Positions 32,835 to 43,033 are shown, counted from the first letter of the stretch. The stretch: 64,000 nt of DNA from an uncultured Acidimicrobiales bacterium (GCA_963759645.1 CAVXAI010000019.1:6717-70716), one strand, 5' to 3'. Program-made: numbers and translations. The notes: a model not told the origin generated them from the letters alone.

Positions 32835-34862
32835 TCAGATCGAGGCGGACCAGGTCCGGTCGTCGTCCTCGAGCCACCGGTTGATGGACTGGTTGCTGTA
32901 GATGCTGCTTCCGTTCACGATGAGCTCGACCCCCTTGAGGCGCCAGCCGCCGGCGAAGCCGTCCGGGGACTTGTGGATGCGGATCGAGTGGATGTCGCCG
33001 CGGTGGAAGCCGACGCCGGGATCCAGCTCGAAGGCGTCTGTGTGGTTGCGCTCGAAGTCGTCGCGATCGGGGTCGTCGAGGTTCCAGTCGCGACCAGCGA
33101 GCGTGAGCGTGACGTCGTCGTCGGTGCCGGCCCACGCGACGTCGGCCGTGCTCACCTTGACGCGCAACCTGTTGACGAGCTCGCGATCGTTCACACAGCC
33201 GAGCCACCAGCGGTGGTCGTCTTCGAGCCACTGGTTCGGGCTGACGTCACACTTCAGCTCACCTCGGAACCACACCCGCACCCGCGCGAGCTTCCAGCCG
33301 CCGGCGAACCCGTCGGGGCTCTTGCGGATCAGGACGCGCTTGATGTCGGTCTGCTGCAACCAGGGCGCCCAGATGGGGTAGCCCTCGACGTTGCCGCGCT
33401 CGCGATCGTCATGGTCCACGGTGTCCAGGACGAAGGTGTGGTCGCCGATGTCGATCCACACGTCGTCGTCAGTGCCGGCCCACGCCTCGTCGGCGGTGCG
33501 GAGCTCGACGAAGAGGTCGGACCAGCCGATCTGGCCACGCGTGTATCCGCACAGTCGCTGCGAGTTCCCGTCCATCACGCAGTCCTGGCGCGGCGACGCG
33601 CAGGCCCCGCAGTTGCCGTTCGGGACGTGGTCGCACCCGTGCGTGGTGCTGCAGGACGAGCACGGGGTGCCGCTTCCGGTGTACTCGTCGGCGGCGCCGA
33701 AGAGGTGGGAGGCCTCGTGGGCCGTGATCATGTCGATCGTGCCCCGGCCCCAGCCGCCCCAGTTGTTCCGTCGGGCGAGGGTGACCCGGCCGCTGCTCGC
33801 GTAGGCGTGCCAGCTGTTCGCGTAGGGCGTCACGAAGATGACGAGCGCGTGGTCGGACCAGTTCGCCAGCCGCATGTCCTCGCGGTACTCGGCCACCGAG
33901 GACCAAGCCGCCGCGTACGTGTTGCCGTCGTATGTGACCTCGCCCATCGCCGGATCACGCCAGTACGACTCGTCGGAGCTGTTGGTGCCGTCGGCGACCG
34001 CAATGCTGATGAACTGCAAGTCGTATACCCACGATAGGTCCCCGCTCGGGTGCTGCGACGACAGCCAGTTCAGACCGGTGATGATCTCCGCGCACACCTC
34101 GCTCCGCTCGGCAGTCGTGAACCTCGGGCCCCCGGTCTGGCTCGATTCGACGAACACCAGGCCGACCGCCATCTCACCGGTCATCCGCCAGCAGGCGGCT
34201 TCCGGAAAGAGCCACTCCCAAATGAGCTCGATGAGCCCGTCGGGTAGGCGCGTGATCACCTCGTAGTAGCGGGGGCCGAGGCGGTAGGCGAGGCGCGCCA
34301 GGTGGTACGTCAGCTGCTCGTCCTGGTAATGCGCGACCAGCCGGCGCTCATACTCGACGAACGCATCCGGCGTCATGACGTCCGAGATCTGGCCCTTGCC
34401 TCTCGGACGCTCCTGCGGCCTGATGCGCTCTCCGCTCTCGGCTTCGTACTGAGCCACGAGCGCGAGGAAATCCTCGGGATCGAGAGGTGTGAACGGAAGC
34501 GGCGGCTCGCGATCCTCGCCACCTGATCCCCAGGACACGCCTCGCAACGTGCGGTCCCGCTCCAGCCGCCGATACCCACGAGAGAAGCGGGCGTTCCACA
34601 CGGTCACCACGCGGCGCTGCTCGTCGTCGAGCTGGCCGAGCTGTTCACGGCCCATCGCGCCTTTCAGGCGGCCCTGGAACAGGCCGATGTCATCGGCCGC
34701 ATCCACCTGGTCGGCAGTGGCCAGCACCTCGATGGCGACGTTTCCGTACTGCGCCACAACGGTGGCCCCGAGCTCGGCCAGCACCCGCGCCGCCTCGCGG
34801 CGGGCGGCCGTCGAACGTCTCTGCAACAAGAAGAGATAGTTGGAACGCGGACGGTCATTCAT
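32835..34862 (-). CDS. Zinc metalloprotease (HExxHxxGxxD, metzincin-like) with two C-terminal PLAT/LH2 domains
   Basis: HEASHLFGAADEY, Met-turn CVMD; duplicated T(A)D.AWAGTDDDV...DD(R/F)ER...KSPDGFAGGW.L; GAGGAG RBS. Confidence 0.82.
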   Translation of the reverse strand: MNDRPRSNYLFLLQRRSTAARREAARVLAELGATVVAQYGNVAIEVLATADQVDAADDIGLFQGRLKGAMGREQLGQLDDEQRRVVTVWNARFSRGYRRLERDRTLRGVSWGSGGEDREPPLPFTPLDPEDFLALVAQYEAESGERIRPQERPRGKGQISDVMTPDAFVEYERRLVAHYQDEQLTYHLARLAYRLGPRYYEVITRLPDGLIELIWEWLFPEAACWRMTGEMAVGLVFVESSQTGGPRFTTAERSEVCAEIITGLNWLSSQHPSGDLSWVYDLQFISIAVADGTNSSDESYWRDPAMGEVTYDGNTYAAAWSSVAEYREDMRLANWSDHALVIFVTPYANSWHAYASSGRVTLARRNNWGGWGRGTIDMITAHEASHLFGAADEYTGSGTPCSSCSTTHGCDHVPNGNCGACASPRQDCVMDGNSQRLCGYTRGQIGWSDLFVELRTADEAWAGTDDDVWIDIGDHTFVLDTVDHDDRERGNVEGYPIWAPWLQQTDIKRVLIRKSPDGFAGGWKLARVRVWFRGELKCDVSPNQWLEDDHRWWLGCVNDRELVNRLRVKVSTADVAWAGTDDDVTLTLAGRDWNLDDPDRDDFERNHTDAFELDPGVGFHRGDIHSIRIHKSPDGFAGGWRLKGVELIVNGSSIYSNQSINRWLEDDDRTWSASI

Positions 34863-35037
34863 CGTCGGCTCCTCATCAGTCCTTCTTGGTTTCAACCACG
34901 GTCGACGAATGACTATCCCGTGTCAAGAAGGTCGGACAGATGCCTGGCCCGGGTTGCGCCAAGAGGCTCAGCGCTGAAGGGCTTCTAGGTCTTCCGGCCG
35001 GCTAACCCGCCGAGCCGGAAACATAGGATCCTTTCCG

Positions 35038-35517
35038 GTGAGCTCGCCGGAGGATGCGATCAAGCGAGTCGTTGAAGCGTTCGAGCGGTCAGAGTGGTCC
35101 GAGATCGACGTCCGTTCAGGCGACGTGCGCGTCCACCTGGCGACATCTGCGCCGACCGGCCCGCTGACCATCACGCCCGCTCCGGCGCCGGACGGCGCCG
35201 GCGACGATCGAGCCGCGGCGGAGTCCGATCCATCGACGACGTCGGCGAGCCCGCCGCCAACCGGTGCCTACGTCGTGGTGTCTCCCTCACCGGGAATCTT
35301 CTGGCGCTCACCGGAGCCGGGCCTGCCGCCGTTCGCGGATGTTGGCCACATCGTCGACGCGTCAGCGACGGTGTGCATCGTCGAGGTTATGAAGCTGATG
35401 AACCACGTCAAGGCTGGCGTGAGCGGTCAGGTCGTCGCCGTCTACTGCCTAAACGGCGGGGCGGTTCAGAAAGGGCAGGCCCTCTTCGCGATCGCTCCGT
35501 CCGAGTCGTCGTCTTGA
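35038..35517 (+). CDS. accB: Biotin carboxyl carrier protein
   Basis: SPSPGIFWRSPEPG; EVMKLM biotinylation motif; Pro/Ala linker (family symbol, probably not the fatty-acid ortholog). Confidence 0.9.
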   Translation: MSSPEDAIKRVVEAFERSEWSEIDVRSGDVRVHLATSAPTGPLTITPAPAPDGAGDDRAAAESDPSTTSASPPPTGAYVVVSPSPGIFWRSPEPGLPPFADVGHIVDASATVCIVEVMKLMNHVKAGVSGQVVAVYCLNGGAVQKGQALFAIAPSESSS

Positions 35518-36915
35518 CGCCGACCACCAGCATCCGTCGGGTCCTGGTCGCCAACCGCGGCGAGATCGCGGTGCGGATCATCCGGGCCTGCCGAGACGAG
35601 GGCATCGAGGCGATCGCGGCTGTCAGTGAGGCCGATCAGGAGTCGCTCGCGGCGCGTCTGGCGAACGATGTCGTCCACATCGGCCCGGCGAGTCCGACGC
35701 AGAGCTACCTACGTGTCGAGCAGATCGTCGCCGGCGCGCTCCTCACCTCCTGCGACGCTGTCCATCCTGGCTACGGCTTTCTGTCCGAGCGCGCCGACCT
35801 GGCCGAGGCGTGCGTCGCCCATGGGCTGATCTTCGTGGGTCCCTCCGCCGACACGATCCGGCGTGGTGGCGACAAGGTCGAGGCGCGCCGAATCGCACGC
35901 ACCGCCGGTGTTCCCACCGGCGCTGGCTCGGACGCGGTGAGACGCAGCCGCTGTCGCGCTCGAAGTCGCTAGCGCAGTCGGCTATCCGATCCTTCTCAAG
36001 GCCGCCGCAGGTGGCGGCGGACGAGGAATGGTCCGTGTCGACAGCCCGCGCGAGCTCGAAGCGATGTTTGGCACGGCGGCGCGCGAGGCCCGCGCTGCCT
36101 TCGGGGACGGGCGCATGTACGTGGAGCGGTACCTCGAGAACGCGAGGCACGTCGAGGTGCAGCTGCTCGGCGATCATCACGGCGGCATCGTCCACCTTGG
36201 CGACCGGGACTGTTCGACCCAGCGCCGCTTCCAAAAGCTGGTCGAAGAGGCGCCCGCCACCGCGCTGTCCAACGAGCTCGGCCAACGCCTCGCCGACGCC
36301 GCCGTCGCGCTCGGACGCCACCTCGACTACCACGGGGCAGGGACCGTCGAGTTCCTCGTCGATCTCGATCGCAGCGAGTTCTCGTTCCTCGAGATCAACA
36401 CCAGAGTGCAGGTCGAGCACCCGGTCACCGAGATGGTGACCGGCGTCGACATCGTGCGCGAGCAGCTCCGCATTGCTGCCGGCGAACCGCTGAGTTTCAT
36501 CCAAGACGACGTGGCGATCCGCGGACATGCCATCGAATGCCGCATCAATGCCGAATCGGTCGCCGCCGGGTTCCTCCCATCACCGGGCACGATCACCAAA
36601 TGGGAGCCACCGGCAGGCGACCATGTCCGCGTCGACAGTCACGGCTTCGTCGGCTACGAGATCCCGCCGTACTACGACTCTTTGATCGCCAAGCTGATCG
36701 TCTCGGGTGCCGACCGCGCCGAGGCGATCGAGGCATCGCTCAAGGCGCTCGACGACTTCGACATCGAGGGCGTCGAGACAACTCGGGAGCTCCAGCGTGC
36801 GGTGTTGTCGCACGACGACTTCCGGAACAACGTGATCAACACGCAATGGCTCGAGACGACCCTTCTGCCCACGGTGACGCCGACCCCGACTCCAAAGGAC
36901 TTGGCCCGTGGCTGA
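35514..36915 (+). CDS. accC: Biotin carboxylase (frameshift near 35945)
   Basis: VLVANRGEIAVR, HPGYGFLSE, KAAAGGGGRGM, RDCSTQRR, EINTRVQVEHPVTE; TTGA coupling. Confidence 0.93.
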
Positions 36916-38371
36916 GATCGACATCATCGACCAGACACTCCGCGACGGTCAGCAGAGCCTCTGGGGCATGCGCATGAAGGTCGCCCATCTTGCCGACGTC
37001 GCGGCTGACATCGATCAAGCTGGCTACCGGGTCGTCGACCTCACCGGCAGCTCGATCTTCGAGTGCATGATGCGGTACAACCACGAAGACCCGTGGGACG
37101 GGCTCGACGTGTGGCGATCGTGGCTGCCGAGCTCGCGGCTCAGATCCGGATCGCGCAGCAACTGCATCGGCAAGTTCGGCCTGACACCCGACTCCCTGAT
37201 GGAGCTCTGGATCCGAACGCTCGCCAAGCACGGCATCGACAGCTTCTGGATCTTCGACTGTCTCTACAACATGGACGCGATGGAACGTTTGTGTCGCGTC
37301 GTCGCCGACGTCGGGTGCGAGGTGGCGCCGGCGATCATGTACGGCATCAGCCCCGTGCACACCGACGCATGGTTTGCCGACCGGGTCCGTGAGTACGTGA
37401 GCTGGGGCATCACCGACGCGATCTACGTCGAGGACGCCGCCGGCATCCTGAAGCCGGAACGGGCGAAGACGCTCATGCCGGCGTTGATCGAGGCGGCCGG
37501 CGACGTCCCGGTCGAGATGCAGTGCCACAACACAGTCGGCGTGGCGGGGATGAACTACTTGATCGGTGTCGAGGCCGGGGTCAAGGTGCTGCACAGCGCA
37601 GCCGGGCCGATGGCGAACGGCCCATCGGTGCCGTCGACGGAGCAGACCGTCGAGAACCTGCGCTGGGAGGGTCACACGACCAGGGTCGATCTCGACCGAG
37701 TGCGGCGAGTCGGCGCTCACATGCGCCGCGTGGCCGAACAGGAGGGACACCCAGTCGGTGTGCCCAATGAGTACAACGTGTTCCCGTACCACCACCATCT
37801 CCCCGGCGGCATGACCGGCACACTCAAGGCGCAGCTCGCCCAGTACGACATGTCCGACCGCTTCGAGGAGGTACTCGAGGAGGTCGTGCGCGTCAGAGAG
37901 GAGCTCGGGCACCCGATCTCGGCCACTCCGTTCTCGCAGTTGGTGGGCATCCAGGCAGTGTTGAACGTCGTCACCGGTGACCGGTACGGCTCGGTTCCCG
38001 ATGAGGTGCTCGTCTACGTCCTGGGTCACCTCGGCGAGCCTCCCGCTCCCATCGACGAGAACGTGCTCGACCGGATGCTCGCGACCGATCGGGGCCGCGA
38101 GATGCAAGCGTGGGAGCCGCCGCAACCGACGATCCGCGAGCTCAAGATCCAGTACGGCGATCAAACGATGAGCGACGAGGAGCTCTTGCGGCGTTACCTC
38201 GTCCCGTTGCAGGACGTCGAGGCCATGCGCGCCGCGGGACCGGCGGCCCGCACCTATCAATTCGAGGACGACGGAATCCCCGAGTCGCTGATCAACGACC
38301 TGCTCGCCGGGACCCGGATCGGGTTCGCCGAGATCGAGGCGGGTGGGTCGAGCATCACGGTCCGGCGTTGA
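36908..38371 (+). CDS. Pyruvate carboxylase/oxaloacetate decarboxylase-type carboxyltransferase (stand-alone, atypical)
   Basis: DQTLRDGQQSLWG, HHLPGGM, VREELGHPISATPFSQLVG; no attached biotin domain. Confidence 0.88.
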   Translation: MAEIDIIDQTLRDGQQSLWGMRMKVAHLADVAADIDQAGYRVVDLTGSSIFECMMRYNHEDPWDGLDVWRSWLPSSRLRSGSRSNCIGKFGLTPDSLMELWIRTLAKHGIDSFWIFDCLYNMDAMERLCRVVADVGCEVAPAIMYGISPVHTDAWFADRVREYVSWGITDAIYVEDAAGILKPERAKTLMPALIEAAGDVPVEMQCHNTVGVAGMNYLIGVEAGVKVLHSAAGPMANGPSVPSTEQTVENLRWEGHTTRVDLDRVRRVGAHMRRVAEQEGHPVGVPNEYNVFPYHHHLPGGMTGTLKAQLAQYDMSDRFEEVLEEVVRVREELGHPISATPFSQLVGIQAVLNVVTGDRYGSVPDEVLVYVLGHLGEPPAPIDENVLDRMLATDRGREMQAWEPPQPTIRELKIQYGDQTMSDEELLRRYLVPLQDVEAMRAAGPAARTYQFEDDGIPESLINDLLAGTRIGFAEIEAGGSSITVRR

Positions 38372-38388
38372 GCACAAGGAGGGCATGC

Positions 38389-40017
38389 GTGACCAAGTAC
38401 GAGTTCGATACGACGCTCGACCCGAACTACCCCGTGCTCACGCGCGGCAACGCCGGCGAAATCATGCCCGACATCGTGTCGCCCCTGTCGGCGACGGTGT
38501 TCTTTCCCCCGCTCGAACGTGGGTGGCGACGTTCATTCACCGAGACATGGGACGTGATGGACTGGCCGGACTGCCCTACGACGTTCGCACCGATCGTCGG
38601 CGGAAGGTTCTACATCAACATCTCGGCCTTCCGGCGCCTCGCCGATCTCACTCCGGGGACGAGCCCGGAGGACATCGATCGCACCCTCTTCGCCGCCGGC
38701 GGCATCCGGCTCGATCCGTACGAGGCGCCCGATGAGGACGGCTATGCGGAACGCGGCGAGCGGATCGCCGCTGCCACCGCGTCCTTCCTCGACGATCCGC
38801 CGCTCGAACGCATCCAGCGTGAGCACGACGCCGCGCAGGCTCGTCGCGTGGAGGGCCGCGCCAAGCGGCGGACCAGTCCGAACGAGGAGCTGCTCGCTCG
38901 GTTCGAGTCGATGCAGCCGTTGATGGAGTCCGACTTCGTCAGCCTGTTCATCGGATCGTCGGTCAGCCCCGTGGCGTTCGGCTCATTACAGGCGGGCCTG
39001 GTCGAGGTGTACGGCGACGAGGGATATGAGCTCGGGCGGCAAGCGGTGATGGGCACCGGAGGGATCGAGTCGGCCGACGCCGGCAAGGCGGTCGCCCTGC
39101 TCGTCGGGCTCGAGGGCGACGAGTTCGAAGCGGCGTTCGAGCGGGTGCTCGAAAAGTACGGCTTCCGCGGCGTGAACGAGTGGGAGATCGCCGCACCGTC
39201 GTGGGAGATCCGGCCGGACGTGCTGCGTCGCGCCGTCGACGCTGTGAGGGCGGGTGGCACCGAGCGCGATCCCGACTCGATCCGCAAGGCGGCGATGGCG
39301 AAGTTCGAGGAGGACGGCGTCCGGGCCAGGTTCGCGGACCTCGATCAGTCGTTGGAGCGCTGCAAGGTCTGGCTCGGCGTGCGCGAGCGGACGAAGGCGA
39401 CGTGTGTGCTGACCATCAACGAGATGCGACTCGACGCGCTCGAGATCGGTCGACGACTGGCATCGGACGCCAAGTTGGAGTCGGCCGATCAGATCTACTT
39501 CCTCACGTTCGACGAGTTCCGCGCCGCGGCTCGCGGCAGCGATGTCGACCTCGATCGGGTCCATTCGCGACAGGCGGCCAAGGCCGACCTACTGCGATAT
39601 CAGGAACCGTTGTTCGCGATCGCCGGAGAGGTCCCCCCAGTCGAGGAGTGGGTCCTCAAGTCGGACGCCACCACCGACACGGGCCCCGAGGACGAGGTCG
39701 TCGGCGCCGCCGGTAGCCCGGGTGTCGCGACAGGGCGTGCCCGCGTCGTCATGGACGCCTACGCCGACGACCCAACCGAGCCGGGGGAGGTGTTGGTCGC
39801 TCCGATCACCGATCCCGGGTGGATGCCCCTCTTCATCGGTGCCGTCGCTGTGGTCACCGAGATGGGCGGCGAGCTCAGCCACACGATGATCGTGTCGCGA
39901 GATCTGGGGATCCCCGCCGTCGTCGGCGCGGTGGGCGCCACCTCGTTGGTCAAGACCGGTGACCTCGTCGAGGTCGACGGATCGAACGGCGTCGTGCGGA
40001 TCCTCGAACGCGCGTGA
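38389..40017 (+). CDS. PEP-utilising enzyme mobile (phospho-His swivel) domain protein without ATP-binding domain
   Basis: AAGGAGG RBS; TRGNAGEIMPDIVSPLS; YGFRGVNEWEI; GSPG...TDPGW...GGELSHTMIVSRDLGIPAVVG...VDGSNG. Confidence 0.88.
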   Translation: MTKYEFDTTLDPNYPVLTRGNAGEIMPDIVSPLSATVFFPPLERGWRRSFTETWDVMDWPDCPTTFAPIVGGRFYINISAFRRLADLTPGTSPEDIDRTLFAAGGIRLDPYEAPDEDGYAERGERIAAATASFLDDPPLERIQREHDAAQARRVEGRAKRRTSPNEELLARFESMQPLMESDFVSLFIGSSVSPVAFGSLQAGLVEVYGDEGYELGRQAVMGTGGIESADAGKAVALLVGLEGDEFEAAFERVLEKYGFRGVNEWEIAAPSWEIRPDVLRRAVDAVRAGGTERDPDSIRKAAMAKFEEDGVRARFADLDQSLERCKVWLGVRERTKATCVLTINEMRLDALEIGRRLASDAKLESADQIYFLTFDEFRAAARGSDVDLDRVHSRQAAKADLLRYQEPLFAIAGEVPPVEEWVLKSDATTDTGPEDEVVGAAGSPGVATGRARVVMDAYADDPTEPGEVLVAPITDPGWMPLFIGAVAVVTEMGGELSHTMIVSRDLGIPAVVGAVGATSLVKTGDLVEVDGSNGVVRILERA

Positions 40018-40751
40018 GCATCGACTTCGACTTCACCGGACGCACCGTCATCGTGACCGGTGGCGCGCGTGGGATCGGGCGCGCGCTCAGCCAGTTCTTC
40101 GCGGAGTCCGGTGCGACCGTCGCGGTCGCCGACGTCGATGGCGAGGCGCTCGCCGCGGTCGCGACGGACCTCGCCGGCGTGATCCCGCTCGAGATCGACG
40201 TTGCCGACGCCGCCTCGGTCGCCGCCGGGGTCGGTGACGTCCTGGCCCGGACGGGGCGGATCGACGTCGTGGTCAACAACGCCGGCATCCTGCGCGATCG
40301 CGTCGTGTGGAAGCTCACCGATGCCGACTGGCAAGCGGTGCTCGGCGTCCATCTGACCGGCACGTTCAACATGACCCGCGCCGCGATACCGGCCATGCGC
40401 GAGCAGGGCTACGGCCGCTTCGTCAACGTCACGTCGTACACCGGTCTGCACGGCAACGTCGGGCAGGCCAACTACGCCGCCGCCAAGGCCGGCATCATCG
40501 GCTTCACCCGAACGACTGCCAAGGAGCTCGCTCGGTTCGGCATCACCGTGAATGCGATCTCGCCCAACGCCGAGACCGACATGGTGGCCTCGATCCCGGA
40601 GGACCGACGCGAGGAGCTGCGCGCCGAGATCCCGATGGGCCGCTTCTCCGCACCGTCCGAAGTGGGTCCCGCCGTCGGCTTTCTCGCCTCGGAGGAGGCC
40701 GGCTACATCACGGGTGTCGTGCTTCCCGTCGACGGCGGGCTGTCGATCTAG
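40014..40751 (+). CDS. Short-chain dehydrogenase/reductase, FabG/acetoacetyl-CoA reductase-like
   Basis: TGGARGIG, NNAG, GQANYAAAK; GTGA coupling. Confidence 0.92.
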   Translation: MSIDFDFTGRTVIVTGGARGIGRALSQFFAESGATVAVADVDGEALAAVATDLAGVIPLEIDVADAASVAAGVGDVLARTGRIDVVVNNAGILRDRVVWKLTDADWQAVLGVHLTGTFNMTRAAIPAMREQGYGRFVNVTSYTGLHGNVGQANYAAAKAGIIGFTRTTAKELARFGITVNAISPNAETDMVASIPEDRREELRAEIPMGRFSAPSEVGPAVGFLASEEAGYITGVVLPVDGGLSI

Positions 40752-40760
40752 CCGGACCCG

Positions 40761-41408
40761 CTAGCCGGACCAGCTGTCGCACATCATGACGTCGTCGACC
40801 GCGAGTCGCCGTACCGGTCCGAAGCGCCCGACTGGGAACCCGACGGGTATCACCGCCTGGGCGCGGACGTGTCTCGGGAGCTCGAGCACCGACTCGAGCT
40901 CGTCGCGGAACGCCAGCGCGTAGGTCGTCGGCACCGCGCCGAGCCCTGACGCACGGGCGGCCAGCAACAGGTTCTGGACACCCGGCCAGACCGAGCTGGC
41001 GTACCGGCCGGGATCCTGGGTTGCGTCGTCCATGACGCAACAGGCGACGACGATGACCGGTGCCTCGTGCATGTGCTCGGCCTGCCAGAGCACGGCGTCC
41101 CACATGCGGCGCCGACGGTCGCGCTCATGGTGCGGCAACTCACGGCCTGCCTCGCGCTCGGCGGTGGCGTGGTCGAGGCTCGCCCGCCGGTTGAAGTCTC
41201 CGAGGCGGCGACGTTGCGCCGGATCTCGGACGATGATCCAGCGCGCACGCTGGAGGTTGCGTCCCGATGGCGCGTAGTTCGCGGCCTCGACCAGACGTCG
41301 CACCACGGCGTCGGGCACGGGGTCGGGTCGGAGCCGTCGCATCGCGCGGCACGTCGACATCACCTCGAAGACGCCAGGTCCGTCGCGATCGGCGGATGAC
41401 TCGGACAT
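40761..41408 (-). CDS. Nitroreductase family protein
   Basis: RAMRRLRPDPVP, APSGRNLQ, VQNLLLAARASGLG. Confidence 0.9.
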   Translation of the reverse strand: MSESSADRDGPGVFEVMSTCRAMRRLRPDPVPDAVVRRLVEAANYAPSGRNLQRARWIIVRDPAQRRRLGDFNRRASLDHATAEREAGRELPHHERDRRRRMWDAVLWQAEHMHEAPVIVVACCVMDDATQDPGRYASSVWPGVQNLLLAARASGLGAVPTTYALAFRDELESVLELPRHVRAQAVIPVGFPVGRFGPVRRLAVDDVMMCDSWSG

Positions 41409-41458
41409 GGGCACTCCTCGGAGCACGACAAAACGTCAGATGTCCTACTGTCGCACGG

Positions 41459-43033
41459 GTGCCCTCGCCGCTCCACGATCAGCCGCTGCTCCCTCACCTC
41501 ATCGTCCGGAGCCTCGCCGCCCACGACGACGCGCCGTGCATCCATCTCGCTGGGCGGGTCGCGTCATACGCGGAGGTTCGACAGCGGACGAGCCAGCTGA
41601 TCCAGGCTCAACGGGCGCGGGGCGTGACGTGCGGGACCCGCCTCGCCGTGCTGTCGAAGAACCGTCCGGAGGTCCTCACCAACCTGACGGCATCGCTCGT
41701 CAACGGTTGCGTGGTGACGCCGCTGCACCCGATGGGCTCATTCGCGGACCACTCCTACGTGATCGCCGATGCCGAGATCGAGTGCCTCGTCTTCGACGCA
41801 GACAACTTCACCGAGCGCGCTCACGACCTGAAGGCGCAACATCCGAATCTCACGCTGCTCGGCTTCGGTCCGAACGATGTCGGCGACGACTACCTCGCGC
41901 TCGCCGACGAGTTCGAGCCGGCGCCGCTCGTCGCCCCCGACGTAGGTCCGGATGACCTGTGCACGATCGTCTACACCGGCGGCACGACCGGGCGGCCCAA
42001 GGGTGTGCTCATGCCCCATCGCGTGTGGCAGGCGATGACGTGGATCCAGATGGCCGAGTGGGAGTTCCCCGACGACCTGCGGATCGCGATCGCGACGCCG
42101 CTGTCCCATGCTGCGATGTCGCTCGTCGCGCCCGTGCTGCTGTCGGGCGGAGCGTTCTACGTGATGGAGTCGTTCGACCCGGGCGGCTTCTTCGACCTCG
42201 TCGCGGAGCATCGCATTACGGCAACGCTGATCGTTCCCGTCATGTTGTACGCGCTGCAGGGCCATCCTCGGTACGACACGGCCGACATGTCGTCGATGGA
42301 GACCATCTTCTACGGGGCGTCGCCGATGAGCCCGGCCAAGCTCGCGCGTGCGATCGAGGACTGGGGGCCGATCTTCTTCCAGGTCTACGGGCAGACCGAG
42401 GCGCCGATGGTCCTCACCCACCTGAAGAAGAGCGAGCACGATCTCGCGCGTCCGGATCGCCTTGCGTCGTGTGGCCGCCCCGTGCCCTGGATGCACGTCG
42501 CCCTGCTCGACACCGACAACCGACCCGTCGCGGCGGGCAGTTCGGGGGAGATCTGCACTCGGGGTCCGCTCGTGATGACTGGATACAAGGGTCTCGTCGA
42601 CGAGACCGCCGAAGCGCTGTCGGGCGACTGGTTGCACACAGGCGACGTCGGCCGCTTCGACGATGACGGCTACTTGTACATCGTCGACCGGACCAAGGAC
42701 ATGGTGATCAGCGGCGGCTTCAATGTGTTCCCTCGCGAGGTCGAGGACGTGATCAGCACGCACCGCGCCGTGAACACGGTCATGGTCATCGGCGTGCCGG
42801 ACGAGAAGTGGGGAGAAGCGGTGAAGGCCGTCGTCGTGCTTCAGCCGGGTCACCAGCCCTCGGACGCGTTGACGCGAGAGCTCCAACAGTTGGTGAAGGA
42901 CGCGAAGGGTTCGCAGCAGTCGCCGAAGTCGATCGACTACGTCGAGGCGATACCGCTCACTCCCGTCGGCAAACCGGACAAGAAAGCGGTGCGGGCCCAG
43001 TACTGGGCCCGCACCGATCGAGCGGTGTCCTAG
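41459..43033 (+). CDS. Acyl/aryl-CoA synthetase (AMP-binding)
   Basis: YTGGTTGRPKG, YGQTE, LHTGD, DRTKDMVISGGFNV, GKPDKK. Confidence 0.93.
   Translation: MPSPLHDQPLLPHLIVRSLAAHDDAPCIHLAGRVASYAEVRQRTSQLIQAQRARGVTCGTRLAVLSKNRPEVLTNLTASLVNGCVVTPLHPMGSFADHSYVIADAEIECLVFDADNFTERAHDLKAQHPNLTLLGFGPNDVGDDYLALADEFEPAPLVAPDVGPDDLCTIVYTGGTTGRPKGVLMPHRVWQAMTWIQMAEWEFPDDLRIAIATPLSHAAMSLVAPVLLSGGAFYVMESFDPGGFFDLVAEHRITATLIVPVMLYALQGHPRYDTADMSSMETIFYGASPMSPAKLARAIEDWGPIFFQVYGQTEAPMVLTHLKKSEHDLARPDRLASCGRPVPWMHVALLDTDNRPVAAGSSGEICTRGPLVMTGYKGLVDETAEALSGDWLHTGDVGRFDDDGYLYIVDRTKDMVISGGFNVFPREVEDVISTHRAVNTVMVIGVPDEKWGEAVKAVVVLQPGHQPSDALTRELQQLVKDAKGSQQSPKSIDYVEAIPLTPVGKPDKKAVRAQYWARTDRAVS

Noticed and set aside
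35038..38371. Housekeeping acetyl-CoA carboxylase or pyruvate carboxylase
   Set aside because: No AccA/AccD-type subunit; the carboxyltransferase has altered ligands and no biotin domain; context is catabolic
38389..40017. Rifampicin phosphotransferase or PEP synthase
   Set aside because: Lacks the ATP-grasp domain both require, and lacks the PEP/pyruvate-binding barrel of PEP synthase
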